Below the pieces are notes generated by a model. It was given only the letters and a program-made list of their open reading frames with translations, was not told where the DNA came from and did not search any database. From Solirubrobacteraceae bacterium (GTDB lineage Bacteria; Actinomycetota; Thermoleophilia; Solirubrobacterales; Solirubrobacteraceae), in NCBI GenBank assembly GCA_036268255.1, contig DATAUL010000324.1, positions 18,372 through 82,371 of the forward strand: a DNA stretch of 64,000 nucleotides, in the 5' to 3' direction. The stretch's first letter is position 1. Each line of letters opens with the position of its first letter. A program made the position numbers and the translations under genes. Below are positions 37,708 to 48,016 of the stretch, piece after piece.

Positions 37708-38690
37708 GCGTCGCCACCTCCCCGCGCGCCACGCCCGGCAACGCGGCGTGGAGCCGTCTGGGCGCGGTCGTGCGACGGGCGTTGCAGGCGATCCCAACCG
37801 CGATCGGGGTGACGGTGCTCACCTTCCTGCTCATCCGGCTGATCCCGGGGGATCCGGCGCGGACGGCGCTCGGTCCCCACGCGAGCGCGCGCGCGGTCGC
37901 GGCGCTGCGAGCGCGGTGGGGCCTGAATCAGTCGCTTCCGGTGCAGTACTGGCACTACCTGGTTCACCTCGCGCAGGGCAACCTCGGCCAGTCTCTCTTC
38001 TACCACCGTCCGGCGACCGCGGTAATCGGCTCGTTCGTTGCGCCGACGGTCTGGCTGATCGTCTACTCCGCACTGCTGTCGGTCGCCATCTCGATCCCGG
38101 TGGCGGCGGCCGCTGCGGTGCTGCGCGGGCGCCCGTTCGATCAAGGCGTCCGACTGCTTTCGCAGATCGCCCTGGGGATGCCCCAGCCCTGGCTTGGGCT
38201 GCTGTTGATCCTGGGCTTCGCTCTCAAGATCCACGTGTTCCCGGTCGGTGGCTTCGGAGTCGGGCTCGCCGGTCACATCTCGGCGATGTTCCTGCCGAGC
38301 CTGACGATCGCGATCGGCATCGCGCCGATCCTCATCCGGGCACTGCGCGTCGAGCTGCTCGAGGTCCTCGGCGCCGACTACGTCACGACCGCGCGGGCCA
38401 AGGGGCTTCGCGAGTCGCGCGTCCTACTCCGCCACGCGCTGCACAACGCGGCGATCCGGGCTGTGACCGTGCTCGGGTTGAACATCGCGTGGCTGGTGAG
38501 CGGCACCGTGGTCGTCGAGCTCGTCTTCGGACTGCCCGGGCTGGGCAGCCTGCTCGTCACCTCGATCCTTCAGCGCGACTTCCCGCTCGTGCAGGGCCTG
38601 GCGCTGCTGTTCGCCCTGATGGTGATCGCGGTCAACCTGGCCACCGACATCGCCCGGTCGGTGCTCGATCCGCGAACGGGACTGAGCTAG
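37704..38690 (+). CDS. Peptide ABC permease (DppB/OppB-like)
   Basis: PGDPA and DYVTTARAKG. Confidence 0.92.
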   Translation: MSVATSPRATPGNAAWSRLGAVVRRALQAIPTAIGVTVLTFLLIRLIPGDPARTALGPHASARAVAALRARWGLNQSLPVQYWHYLVHLAQGNLGQSLFYHRPATAVIGSFVAPTVWLIVYSALLSVAISIPVAAAAAVLRGRPFDQGVRLLSQIALGMPQPWLGLLLILGFALKIHVFPVGGFGVGLAGHISAMFLPSLTIAIGIAPILIRALRVELLEVLGADYVTTARAKGLRESRVLLRHALHNAAIRAVTVLGLNIAWLVSGTVVVELVFGLPGLGSLLVTSILQRDFPLVQGLALLFALMVIAVNLATDIARSVLDPRTGLS

Positions 38691-39590
38691 GTGCCCGGCG
38701 GCGTCGACATCGCGGTCGCGGCTGACAGGCCCGCGGGCGGCCCAGGCGAACTGTCGTCATCGGCCGGGTCCCCCGTCCGCTTGCGGCGACGGTGGCTGCA
38801 CAACCGCTCGCTCGTGGCCGGCGGGACGATCCTGATCGTGTTCGCGATTGCAGGCGCGTGCGCTCCGCTCGTCGCCGGGCACAACCCCCTCGCCCAGGAC
38901 GCCGCGCCGCTGGCCAATCCATCGTGGCACCACCTGCTCGGCACCGATCAGCTCGGACGCGACGTGTGGGCGCGCCTGGTCTACTCGATCCGGATCGACC
39001 TCTCGGTCGCGCTCGGCGCGGTGGCGCTGCCGTTCATCGCCGGAACCGCCATCGGCCTGCTCGCGGGGTACTTCGGCACCGCGGTCGACGCGCTCGTGAT
39101 GCGGATCGGCGAGATCGTGCTCGCGTTCCCGTTCAACGTGCTGGTGCTCGCGCTCGTGTTCGTGATGGGCTCCGGGGTGGTGAGCGTGCTCGTCGCGTTC
39201 ACCGTGACCGGCTGGATCTCCTACACGATCATCGTGCGCGGCCAGGTCCTCACCGAGCGCCACCAGGAGTATGTACTGGCGGCACAGTTGCTCGGCTACT
39301 CGCGGCGGCGGATCCTGCTGCGCCACGTGCTCCCGAACGTCGTCACCCAGGCGATCGTCTACGCGATGTCCGACGTCGTGCTGACGACCGCCTCGATTGT
39401 GGCGCTCGGCTTCCTCGGATTGGGCATCACACCGCCGACCCCCGAGTGGGGTTCGATGATCTCCGACGGCACGCCGTTTCTCACCACCCACCCCGTGCTC
39501 GCCGCCGCTCCGGGCGTCGCGGTCGTGATCGTCGGCTTCGGGCTGTCCCTGATCGGCGACGGGCTGGCCGACCTGATGAGGATCGAGTGA
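38691..39590 (+). CDS. Peptide ABC permease (DppC/OppC-like)
   Basis: HLLGTDQLGRD, EYVLAA and PEWGSM. Confidence 0.92.
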   Translation: MPGGVDIAVAADRPAGGPGELSSSAGSPVRLRRRWLHNRSLVAGGTILIVFAIAGACAPLVAGHNPLAQDAAPLANPSWHHLLGTDQLGRDVWARLVYSIRIDLSVALGAVALPFIAGTAIGLLAGYFGTAVDALVMRIGEIVLAFPFNVLVLALVFVMGSGVVSVLVAFTVTGWISYTIIVRGQVLTERHQEYVLAAQLLGYSRRRILLRHVLPNVVTQAIVYAMSDVVLTTASIVALGFLGLGITPPTPEWGSMISDGTPFLTTHPVLAAAPGVAVVIVGFGLSLIGDGLADLMRIE

Positions 39591-40597
39591 TGGACGACCA
39601 CGATCAGCCGCTCCTGAGCGTCGAACATCTCGCCGTCTCGCTCACCGGCGGCGACGTGCGGCTGGTGGACGACGTCTCCTTCTCGCTTTCGCGGGGTGAG
39701 GCGCTCGGGCTTGTCGGCGAGTCCGGCAGCGGCAAGAGCCTGACCCTGCGCGCGCTGCTCGGCCTGCTCCCGAAGGGGACCGAGGTGACATCCGGACACG
39801 TCCGCTTCGATGGCACCGAGCTCGTCTCGGCGAGGGCGAGCGAGCTGCGACGACTGCGCGGCCGGCGGATCGGCATGGTGTTTCAGGATCCGATGACCGC
39901 GCTCAACCCGGTGATGACGGTGGGCGACCAGATCGCCGAAGGGCGCGTGACCCACCTGGGGGAGTCTCGGCGGGTCGCCCGGCGCTACGCGACGGCACTG
40001 ATGGGGCAGGTCGGCATCGCGGATCCGGCCCGTCGCGCTCGCGCCTATCCCCACGAGTTCTCGGGTGGGATGCGCCAGCGGGTGGTGATCGCCATCGCGC
40101 TGGCGTGCGAGCCAGCGCTCATCCTGTGCGACGAGCCGACGACCGCGCTCGACGTGACGATTCAGCGCCAGATTCTCACCATCCTCGACGAGCTGCGCGG
40201 CTCCCGCGAGCTAGCGGTCCTCTTCGTCACCCACGACCTGGCGGTGATCGCCCAGATCTGCGAACGAGTCGCGGTGATGTACGCAGGCCAGATCGTCGAG
40301 TCGGGGCCGACCGCCGAGGTATTCGCGTCTCCCCGGCACGGCTACACCGACGGGCTGCTGCGCTCGGTGCCTGACCTGCACCTCACGCGCGCGCGGCTGG
40401 AGGCGATCACCGGGATGCCGCCGGGCGTTGCGGACATGCCACTGGGTTGCCGATTTCATCCTCGCTGTCCACTCGCCGACGACGCCTGCTGTCTGGACCG
40501 CGGCTATCCGCTGCGCGCGGTGGGTGGCGGTCGCCGATCGGCCTGCGTGCACTCCGAGCGGGTCGGCGGCCATGATCCGGTGGTCGCCGATGCCTGA
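39590..40597 (+). CDS. Peptide ABC ATPase (DppD-like)
   Basis: [24 protein letters not shown] and GCRFHPRC. Confidence 0.93.
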   Translation: MDDHDQPLLSVEHLAVSLTGGDVRLVDDVSFSLSRGEALGLVGESGSGKSLTLRALLGLLPKGTEVTSGHVRFDGTELVSARASELRRLRGRRIGMVFQDPMTALNPVMTVGDQIAEGRVTHLGESRRVARRYATALMGQVGIADPARRARAYPHEFSGGMRQRVVIAIALACEPALILCDEPTTALDVTIQRQILTILDELRGSRELAVLFVTHDLAVIAQICERVAVMYAGQIVESGPTAEVFASPRHGYTDGLLRSVPDLHLTRARLEAITGMPPGVADMPLGCRFHPRCPLADDACCLDRGYPLRAVGGGRRSACVHSERVGGHDPVVADA

Positions 40598-41426
40598 ACC
40601 ACTGCTGTCGGTGCAGGACGTCGGCGTCACCTATGAGCGACGAGGCCTGCTCGGGCGCCTGCGCGCCGAATCGCCCTCATGGGCCGTCGACGGTGCGACC
40701 CTGGAGGTCGCCGGCGGCGAGGCAGTCGCAATCGTCGGTGAGTCCGGGAGCGGGAAGTCGACGATCGCGCGCGCGATCGTCGGACTGGTCCCCGTCGACC
40801 GAGGTCGCGTCGTGCTGGCCGGCGCGGTCGCCTCGACACGACGCACCCGGGAGCAGCGGCGACTGGTCCAGCTGATCTTCCAGGATCCCTACTCGTCCCT
40901 GAACCCGCGCATGACGGTCGGCGACGCGATCAGCGAGGCGATCCGTGTCAACCGGATGCGTGAGGGCTCCGCCGTCGCGCAGCGCACACGCGAGCTGCTC
41001 GCGCTCGTGCAGCTGCCGTCGCGGTTCATTGATGTCCATCCGCGCCACATGTCCGGCGGTCAGCGCCAGCGCGCGTCGATCGCCCGCGCCCTGGCAACCG
41101 AGCCGCGGCTGCTCGTCGCCGACGAGCCCGTCTCGGCGCTCGACGTCTCCGTCCAGGCCGCCATCCTCAACCTGTTCGCCGACCTGCGTGCCGACCTCGG
41201 GCTCACGCTGTTGGTGATCTCCCACAACCTGGCCGTCGTCCGCCACGTCAGCGAGCGGATCATCGTCATGCACCGTGGGCGGATCGTCGAGGCCGGCGAG
41301 ACCGAGGCGGTGGTGGAGCATCCTCGGCATGACTACACGCGAACGCTGATCGCGTCGGTTCCCTCCCTCATGCCCCGCGCACCCCACCCGACGAGTCCGG
41401 CGACCGCGCCGGGCGGAAAGGCCTGA
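40590..41426 (+). CDS. Peptide ABC ATPase (DppF-like)
   Basis: [17 protein letters not shown] and DEPVSALD. Confidence 0.93.
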   Translation: MPEPLLSVQDVGVTYERRGLLGRLRAESPSWAVDGATLEVAGGEAVAIVGESGSGKSTIARAIVGLVPVDRGRVVLAGAVASTRRTREQRRLVQLIFQDPYSSLNPRMTVGDAISEAIRVNRMREGSAVAQRTRELLALVQLPSRFIDVHPRHMSGGQRQRASIARALATEPRLLVADEPVSALDVSVQAAILNLFADLRADLGLTLLVISHNLAVVRHVSERIIVMHRGRIVEAGETEAVVEHPRHDYTRTLIASVPSLMPRAPHPTSPATAPGGKA

Positions 41427-41429
41427 ACC

Positions 41430-42743
41430 GTGCCCGACTCGACCGCGATCGACACCCCGCAGCAGTCCCTCACGCCACCCGACCTGTCGCTGTTCCCCGA
41501 CGGCACCCGCAACGACGCGGGGAAGGGCTTCACGGTCGGTGGCTGCTCGCTGAGACAGCTGGCATCGCAGCATGGGACGCCGGCCCTGATCGTCGACGAG
41601 GCGGCGCTGCGCGCCCGCGCGGCGGAGTTCGTCCGCGCCCTGCGCGGCCGCCACCCACGCTCCGACGTTCACTTCGCCTGCAAGGCGTTCCCGTCAGCCT
41701 CGATCATCGGCCTGCTCGGCGACGAAGGCCTGAGCTTCGACGTGGCCTCGGGCAATGAGCTGGCGATCGCCCGCGCCGCCGGTGTCGATCCCGGCCGTGT
41801 GCTGTTGCACGGCAACGCGAAGAGCGACGACGAGATCCGGGACGCGATCGAATGCGGGGTCGGATACATCGTCGTCGACAACCTCGACGACATCGATCGG
41901 ATCTGCCGCCTCGCGTCGCGCACCCAGCCGGTGCTGCTGCGCATCACGCCGGGCATCCGCGCGCACACCCACGACGCGATCGCCACCGGACACACCGGAT
42001 CCAAGTTCGGCGTCCCAGTCGATCAGGCCCCGCTTCTGATCGAGCGGATCCGCCGTGAGCCGTCGATGCGACTCGACGGTCTGCACATGCACATCGGCTC
42101 GCAGATCTTCGATCTCCGGCAGTTCCGCGAGGCGATCGCCGCCCTCGCCACGCTCGGACGCTTCGAGGTCTACGACGTCGGAGGCGGCCTCGCCGCCCGC
42201 TACACGAGCGCGGATTCCCCGGTGAGCATTGACGACTACGCGCGGACCCTCGTCGAGACGGTGCACGAGCATCTCGGCGATGATGTCCGACTGCTCGTCG
42301 AACCCGGGAGGTCGCTCGTCGCACCGACGGCCGTCTCGCTGTACACCGTGGTGACGGTCAAGCACGGAGCCAAGACGCACGTGGCGGTCGACGGCGGGAT
42401 GAGCGACAACCTGGAGGTGTCACTCTACGGTCAGAGATTCCAGCCGTGGCTGCTCGACGGGAACGGACCGCCGCAGATCTGCGACCTCGTCGGACGACAC
42501 TGTGAATCCGGTGACGTACTCGCCTACGACGTCGAGCTCGCCTCGCCGCGCGTCGGGGACCTGGTCGTGGTGCCGGTCACCGGCGCCTACACCTATACCA
42601 TGGCGAACAACTACAACGCCGCATTTCGTCCACCGGTCGTGCTCTGCAGTAACGGTTACAGCCGCCTGGCGGTGCGCCGCGAGACGCTCGAAGACCTCCT
42701 GCGCCGGGAGGTCCTGCTCACCAACGGGACGGTCGACCGATGA
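41430..42743 (+). CDS. LysA-like fold-type III PLP decarboxylase with altered specificity element
   Basis: ACKAF, HIGSQ, EPGR, HCESGD and GAY..NNYN; DNLEVSLY replaces DNxRxxLY. Confidence 0.85.
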   Translation: MPDSTAIDTPQQSLTPPDLSLFPDGTRNDAGKGFTVGGCSLRQLASQHGTPALIVDEAALRARAAEFVRALRGRHPRSDVHFACKAFPSASIIGLLGDEGLSFDVASGNELAIARAAGVDPGRVLLHGNAKSDDEIRDAIECGVGYIVVDNLDDIDRICRLASRTQPVLLRITPGIRAHTHDAIATGHTGSKFGVPVDQAPLLIERIRREPSMRLDGLHMHIGSQIFDLRQFREAIAALATLGRFEVYDVGGGLAARYTSADSPVSIDDYARTLVETVHEHLGDDVRLLVEPGRSLVAPTAVSLYTVVTVKHGAKTHVAVDGGMSDNLEVSLYGQRFQPWLLDGNGPPQICDLVGRHCESGDVLAYDVELASPRVGDLVVVPVTGAYTYTMANNYNAAFRPPVVLCSNGYSRLAVRRETLEDLLRREVLLTNGTVDR

Positions 42744-44353
42744 CCGACCTGGCGAACAGGGTCCATGCGTCGCTGGAGCAGGCTCACCGGTGGTGGCCGC
42801 TCACCGGTGCGGCCGTGTGCGTGGTCGATCCCAACGCGGAGCTGCTCCTCGCCAGCAGTGGGCTCACCGACGCCAGCTCGGGCGCGCCGGTCGGCCCGGG
42901 CACGCGGTTCGAGATCGGGTCGATCAGCAAGTCGTTCACGAGCTTCGCGCTCGGAGCGCTCGCCGACGAGGGACGGGTCGAGCTGTCCGCGTCGGTCCTC
43001 GACCACCTGCCCTGGCTGACGCCGCGAGCGCGTTTTGCGCCGATCACCCTGAGGCACCTCATGTCCCACACCTCCGGGCTCATCTGCGGCGCGGACGCCG
43101 TCCCCGACGCGGCCGCCGCCGGCCTCGCGCTGCGCGACAGCGAGGTCGGGGCGGCGCCCGGCGAGTTCTTCCACTACTCGAACATCGGCTACGCGGTGCT
43201 CGGTCTGGTGATTGAGCGGATCACCGGAGAGCCGGTCGGCGCCGTCGTCACCGATCGCCTCCTCGCCCCCCTGGAGATGCGCGAGTCGGCCGCCACCATC
43301 ACGCACAACGACCGGGCGTCGATGGCGACCGGCTACCAGGCCCTGCACGACGACCGTCCGCTGCTGCCCGGCGACCCGCTCACGCCGGCGACGTGGTTCG
43401 AGGTCGCCGCCGCGGACGGCAACATCATCGCGACAGCGTCCGACCTGGGCCGTTACGCGCGGATGCTCCTGGGCCGGGGCCGCCTCGACGCCACGCAGAT
43501 CGTGAGCGTCGAGCGCTTCGCGGAGCTCACCGACGAGGACCCGTCGCCGCAGGCTCAACGGCGCTACGCGCTCGGGCTCGAGGTCGAGCAGGAGGGAGGC
43601 GGCCACCGTCTGACGCACGGCGGCGGCATGGTCGGCTACTCCTCGTTCCTGGCCGTCGACATGCAGGCCCAGCGAGGCGTTGTCGTGCTCACCAATGCCC
43701 CCGGGGAGTCCGGCGTGGCGGAGCGGCTGGCGCGCAGGGTCCTCGCCGCCGCGGTGGGCGAGCCGGAGACGAGCCCGGCGAGCGACCTCGACGCCTCGCT
43801 GATCCCGGACGCCGAGAATCACGTGGGGTCCTACGGGGAGGGGGCGCTGCGGATCGAGGTGCAGCGCCGCGCGGCAGGGCAGCTGCAGCTCGTCGCCGGT
43901 GAGACCACCGGCCGTCTGTACCACCTCGGCGAGGGACGGCTCGGCTGCGATCATCCGGACTGGCGGGTGTTCCCCCACCGGCTCGAGCGCGCAGGCGCGT
44001 CCTCCCGCTGGCTGTACGGGCCGCACGCGCTCGCTCCCGCCGGCACGCCGGCCCCGCGCACGGCAAGCGAAGTCGGCGGCGCCGACCCCTTCGTCGGTCA
44101 CTACCGCTCCTGGACGCCCTGGTACCCGAGCTTTCGCGTCGTGCAGCGCGACGGGGCGTTGATGCTGATCGCCGGGTCTGGTGTCGAGGCCCCCGCCAAC
44201 GAGCTCGAACTGTTGCAGGTCGAGGAGCGGACGTTCCGGGTCGGGGCCGACCCGCGACTTCCCGAGCGACTCGTGTTCGCCGCACCCGTGGACGGTGTGT
44301 CATTCGAAGCGGTCCGCGACGGCTGCCGGTACTCCCGGTCGTTCAGGCCATAG
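42740..44353 (+). CDS. Serine hydrolase (beta-lactamase class C / D-peptidase family) with C-terminal extension
   Basis: GSISK (SxxK), YSN and HGG; no signal peptide. Confidence 0.9.
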   Translation: MTDLANRVHASLEQAHRWWPLTGAAVCVVDPNAELLLASSGLTDASSGAPVGPGTRFEIGSISKSFTSFALGALADEGRVELSASVLDHLPWLTPRARFAPITLRHLMSHTSGLICGADAVPDAAAAGLALRDSEVGAAPGEFFHYSNIGYAVLGLVIERITGEPVGAVVTDRLLAPLEMRESAATITHNDRASMATGYQALHDDRPLLPGDPLTPATWFEVAAADGNIIATASDLGRYARMLLGRGRLDATQIVSVERFAELTDEDPSPQAQRRYALGLEVEQEGGGHRLTHGGGMVGYSSFLAVDMQAQRGVVVLTNAPGESGVAERLARRVLAAAVGEPETSPASDLDASLIPDAENHVGSYGEGALRIEVQRRAAGQLQLVAGETTGRLYHLGEGRLGCDHPDWRVFPHRLERAGASSRWLYGPHALAPAGTPAPRTASEVGGADPFVGHYRSWTPWYPSFRVVQRDGALMLIAGSGVEAPANELELLQVEERTFRVGADPRLPERLVFAAPVDGVSFEAVRDGCRYSRSFRP

Positions 44354-44378
44354 ATCCAACCCCGGCCCCTGGGAGCGC

Positions 44379-45050
44379 ATGACCACCGACCACACGAATG
44401 CCGGAGTCGAGTCGGTGGGCGGCGGCACGGGAATGACCTGTTACGGGTTCAAGGGCGGTTCGAGCACGGCCTCGCGTCGCGTAGAGGTCGGCGCCGGCGG
44501 CAAGCATGTCGTCGGGGTCTTCGTCCAGGCCAACTTCGGACGGCGCGTGGAGCTGACACTTGCCGGCCTGCCAGTCGGACGGATGCTCGCAGACGACGAC
44601 CCTGAGAAGAGCGTCAGCAATCAGCCCCCCGGGGCTGGAGGCGTGATCGTGATCGTCGGCACCGATGCGCCGCTGCTGCCTGGGCAGTGCAAGGCCCTCG
44701 CGCGACGAGTCCCGCTTGGCCTCGCACGCACCGGCGCCACCGGGTCGCACTTCTCGGGCGACATCTTCCTCGCCTTCTCGACCGCCAACGACGACGCGCT
44801 GGCAAGCCGACACGCGCCGGAGGACGACACGGCGCAGGGCACCAACTATGCGACGATGACGTTCGTCCCGTGGGGCTCGGTCAACCCGCTCGACGAGGCG
44901 GTCATCCAAGCGACCGAAGAGGCTGTCATCAACGCGCTGGTGGCCGCCGAGACCTCGACTGGCATCAACGGCCACCGCAGTGCAGGCCTGCCTCACCATG
45001 CGATCCGCACGCTGTTCTCGCAACCCCAGCCTGCCTTGGCCGAGACTTGA
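44379..45050 (+). pseudogene. DmpA/P1-family (S58) aminopeptidase with N-terminal deletion
   Basis: Begins almost at SVGGGTGM; SGDIFLAFST retained; cleavage site reads GAGGVIV instead of GS(I/V)IV. Confidence 0.75.
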
Positions 45051-45103
45051 CCGCGGGCTGACCACGTGCGAACGCATCAGGTCTGTGGCCCCCGCCGGTC
45101 GGG

Positions 45104-46144
45104 TCAGCTGCCGCTCGGCGTCGGCAGCGCGCGGGCGCGCTGCTCGGTGCCCAGCTCTCCATAGGGGTAGTCGGCCGGCGCCGGGTCGCTCGCTTGGTCC
45201 AACATCTGTCGTTCCTCCTCGGAGAGATGGAGACCGGCGGCGCCCAGGTTGTCGGCGAGCTGCTCCACCGTGCGCGCACCGAGGATGACCGAGCTCACCC
45301 CGGGACGGTCGATCAGCCAGGCAAGCGCGATCTGCGCCATGCTGACCGACCGCTGCTCGGCGATCAAGGCCACGGCGTCGACCACCGCCCATGTCCGCTC
45401 GACCCCGCGACGTCGGTCGTAAGCCTCGACCCCTCGATCAGGGTTCTCTCCCAATCGGGTCGCGCCCGAGGGACGGGCGTCACGGGTGTACTTACCCGTC
45501 AGCCATCCCCCGCCGAGCGGCGACCAGGGCAACAGCCCCAGCCCATTGGCCAGCGACGCGGGGACGATCTCCCATTCGATCTCCCGAACGAGCAGGTTGT
45601 ACTGGGGCTGCAGGGTGATCGGTCGCACGAGCGAGCGCAACTCGGCCAGATCGACGATCTGCTGCAGCTGCCAGCCGGTGTAGTTCGACAGGCCCACGTA
45701 AGCGATGTCCCCGGCCCGGACCGCGTCGTCGAGGAACCGCAACGTCTCCTCGGGCGGGGTCAACGGATCGTGGGCGTGAACCTGGTAGAGGTCGACGTGA
45801 TCCACGCCCAGCCGCCGCAGCGAGGCGTGCAAGGCAGTGCGCAGGTGACGGCGCGAGAGGCCGAGGTCGTTGGGACCGGTACCCATACGGAAGCGGCCCT
45901 TGGTGGCGAGCACGAGCTGGTCACGGACCTCCCCGCTCTGTCGCCCCAGCCATCGCCCGATGATCTCCTCAGAAGCCGCGTCACTGTAGACGTCGGCGGT
46001 ATCGATGAGATTACCTCCGGCCGCGACGAACGCGTCGAGCTGAGCATGGGACCCATCCTCATCAGCCTCGGTCCCGAAGGTCATCGTCCCCAGCGCCAGC
46101 GTCGACACAACGCAGCCACTGTGTCCGAGCGTACGATATTCCAT
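45104..46144 (-). CDS. Aldo/keto reductase
   Basis: LGTMTFG, DTADVY, LATK and WSPLGGG. Confidence 0.95.
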   Translation of the reverse strand: MEYRTLGHSGCVVSTLALGTMTFGTEADEDGSHAQLDAFVAAGGNLIDTADVYSDAASEEIIGRWLGRQSGEVRDQLVLATKGRFRMGTGPNDLGLSRRHLRTALHASLRRLGVDHVDLYQVHAHDPLTPPEETLRFLDDAVRAGDIAYVGLSNYTGWQLQQIVDLAELRSLVRPITLQPQYNLLVREIEWEIVPASLANGLGLLPWSPLGGGWLTGKYTRDARPSGATRLGENPDRGVEAYDRRRGVERTWAVVDAVALIAEQRSVSMAQIALAWLIDRPGVSSVILGARTVEQLADNLGAAGLHLSEEERQMLDQASDPAPADYPYGELGTEQRARALPTPSGS

Positions 46145-46278
46145 TCCTGCCTCCGTCTGGTCGGGATCACTTCGAGCCTACCCCCGGCTCTGCCCCGAGA
46201 CATCAACGCCGGCAGAGTCGCTCGGCGAGCCCTTCGGGGCATGTCTGCGAGCCGCCACTTCTCTATCTGCCGTGCCGT

Positions 46279-47190
46279 TCACCGGGCGTGATCGAGGCCT
46301 ACCGCTGATTCGCAGAGGCGGTGGGCGAGGGCGGCTAGCGCTCGAGTGGCTGGCGGTGGGGAGGTTTGGTGCGCGAGCCACAGTCGTGCCGGCGGCAACG
46401 GGTCAGCGACCCGGAGCGCGGCAACACCGACGCGGCCGGCGTCTCGCGCATTGGCCGCCCGCAGAAAGGTCCATGAGGTGGAGCGAGCGATCTCGATCAG
46501 CGCGTCTTCGAGGGACTCAAGCGTAGGCCCGATCCTGGGCTCAAAGCCCGCTCCGCGACAGAGCGCGGCGAGTTGCTCCCGTAGCCGGCGAGTGCCTTGG
46601 CGGTCACCGGCGACGAGCACGAGCGGGTCGTCAGCGAGTGCTTTGAGCGCGATAGGGCCCGCGCCTGCCAGTGGATGGGTGGAAGAAGCGACCACCTGCC
46701 ATGACTCGCATGTGATTTCGGTGAACGACAGCCCGGGGGTTGGGGGCGCGGTGTGGACGAGCGCTGCGTCGATCTCGCCGTTGAGGATCGCCTCAAGCTT
46801 TGGCATTCGCCGAGCTTGCTGTAGTTCGACGTGCACGTCGGGATGGGCGGCACGATGCTCGGCCAGGAGCGTGTTTGTGACGTCCCAGGCCCCGCCGGTG
46901 GTGGCCAGGCGGATGATCCCGGCCCGACCGGCGGCGAGATCCTCGGCGACGCGCTGGGCCTGTTTCAGCCGCGCGAGCACGGCGTGGGCGTGCGGCAGAA
47001 ATGCCTCACCCTCGCCGGTGAGAGAGACCCGGCGACTGGAGCGCTGAAACAGCGCGAAGCCGAGTTCGCGCTCCAGTCGGCCGACGGTTTGGCTGACGGC
47101 GGGCTGCACGACGCCGAGGCGGTCAGCGGCGGCGACGAACGTGCCCTCCTCGGCGACGGCGACGAACGCGTACAGCTGCCGGAGTTCCAT
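46279..47190 (-). CDS. LysR-family regulator
   Basis: MELRQLYAFVAVAEEGTF..QPAVSQ. Confidence 0.9.
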   Translation of the reverse strand: MELRQLYAFVAVAEEGTFVAAADRLGVVQPAVSQTVGRLERELGFALFQRSSRRVSLTGEGEAFLPHAHAVLARLKQAQRVAEDLAAGRAGIIRLATTGGAWDVTNTLLAEHRAAHPDVHVELQQARRMPKLEAILNGEIDAALVHTAPPTPGLSFTEITCESWQVVASSTHPLAGAGPIALKALADDPLVLVAGDRQGTRRLREQLAALCRGAGFEPRIGPTLESLEDALIEIARSTSWTFLRAANARDAGRVGVAALRVADPLPPARLWLAHQTSPPPATRALAALAHRLCESAVGLDHAR

Positions 47191-47203
47191 CACATGACGT
47201 GAT
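47189..47203. promoter_or_regulatory. LysR T-N11-A operator ATCAC-N5-GTGAT
   Basis: Perfect inverted repeat at the LysR start, in the divergent intergenic region. Confidence 0.7.
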
Positions 47204-47287
47204 AGCAGCACGGGCGTTTGCGCCCTTGGTCGGCACACCGGTCGGTGATGTGCTCCTGACATCAACTTCCGCAACAAAGAGAACGAC

Positions 47288-47985
47288 ATGCAACTGATCA
47301 CCTCTGACGTCCCCCAGGCACACACGGAAACCGAAGCGACGAGCCCAAGAAGGTGGTGGACGCTCGCCGCGGTCTGCACCGGGGTGTTCATGCTGCTCCT
47401 TGATCTCACGATCGTCAACGTGGCGCTCCCGGATATCGAGCGCGCCTTTCAGGCGTCGCTGTCGGACCTGCAGTGGGTCGTCAGCGCCTACGCGCTGACG
47501 CTGGCCGCGTTCTTGCTCACCGCCGGTTCGCTGGCTGATCTCTATGGCCGGCGGCTGCTGTTCGCAACCGGGATCGTGCTGTTCACCGCGGGGTCGCTGT
47601 GCTGCGGGCTCGCGACCGGGTCGTCTTCCTCACTCTGGCGCGCGGCGGACAGGTGGGGGTCGCGACCGGCGTCGCCGCGCTGGGGACGACGCTGGCCGCG
47701 CGTGTCCACAGCCTGGTGCTCGACGATCTGCGCGGAACCGTGCTCAGCGGCCAGATGCACACGATCGCGCACCAGGTCTCGATCGGCGCTGCTGCGCAAG
47801 CCGTCACGAGCGTGCCCCCCGCTTCGCGTCGAGGCGTGGCTGTCGCAGCTCGCTCTGCGCTCGTCCAAGGCTTGAACACGATCCTGCTCATCGCAGCCGT
47901 CGTCGCATTCATCGCGGCGGCCTGGTGCGCGTTGATCCGCGAGCGCGACTTCGTCACCGCGCCGTCGGTCGCAGCGGGCCACTGA
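47288..47985 (+). pseudogene. DHA2/EmrB-type MFS transporter with large internal deletion
   Basis: LLDLTIVNVALP and LADLYGRR joined out of frame to the last TMs (QVGVATGVAALG...GLNTILLIAA). Confidence 0.8.
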
Positions 47986-48016
47986 CAACTCGAAACCCCA
48001 GAAGGAGCTACCAGAT

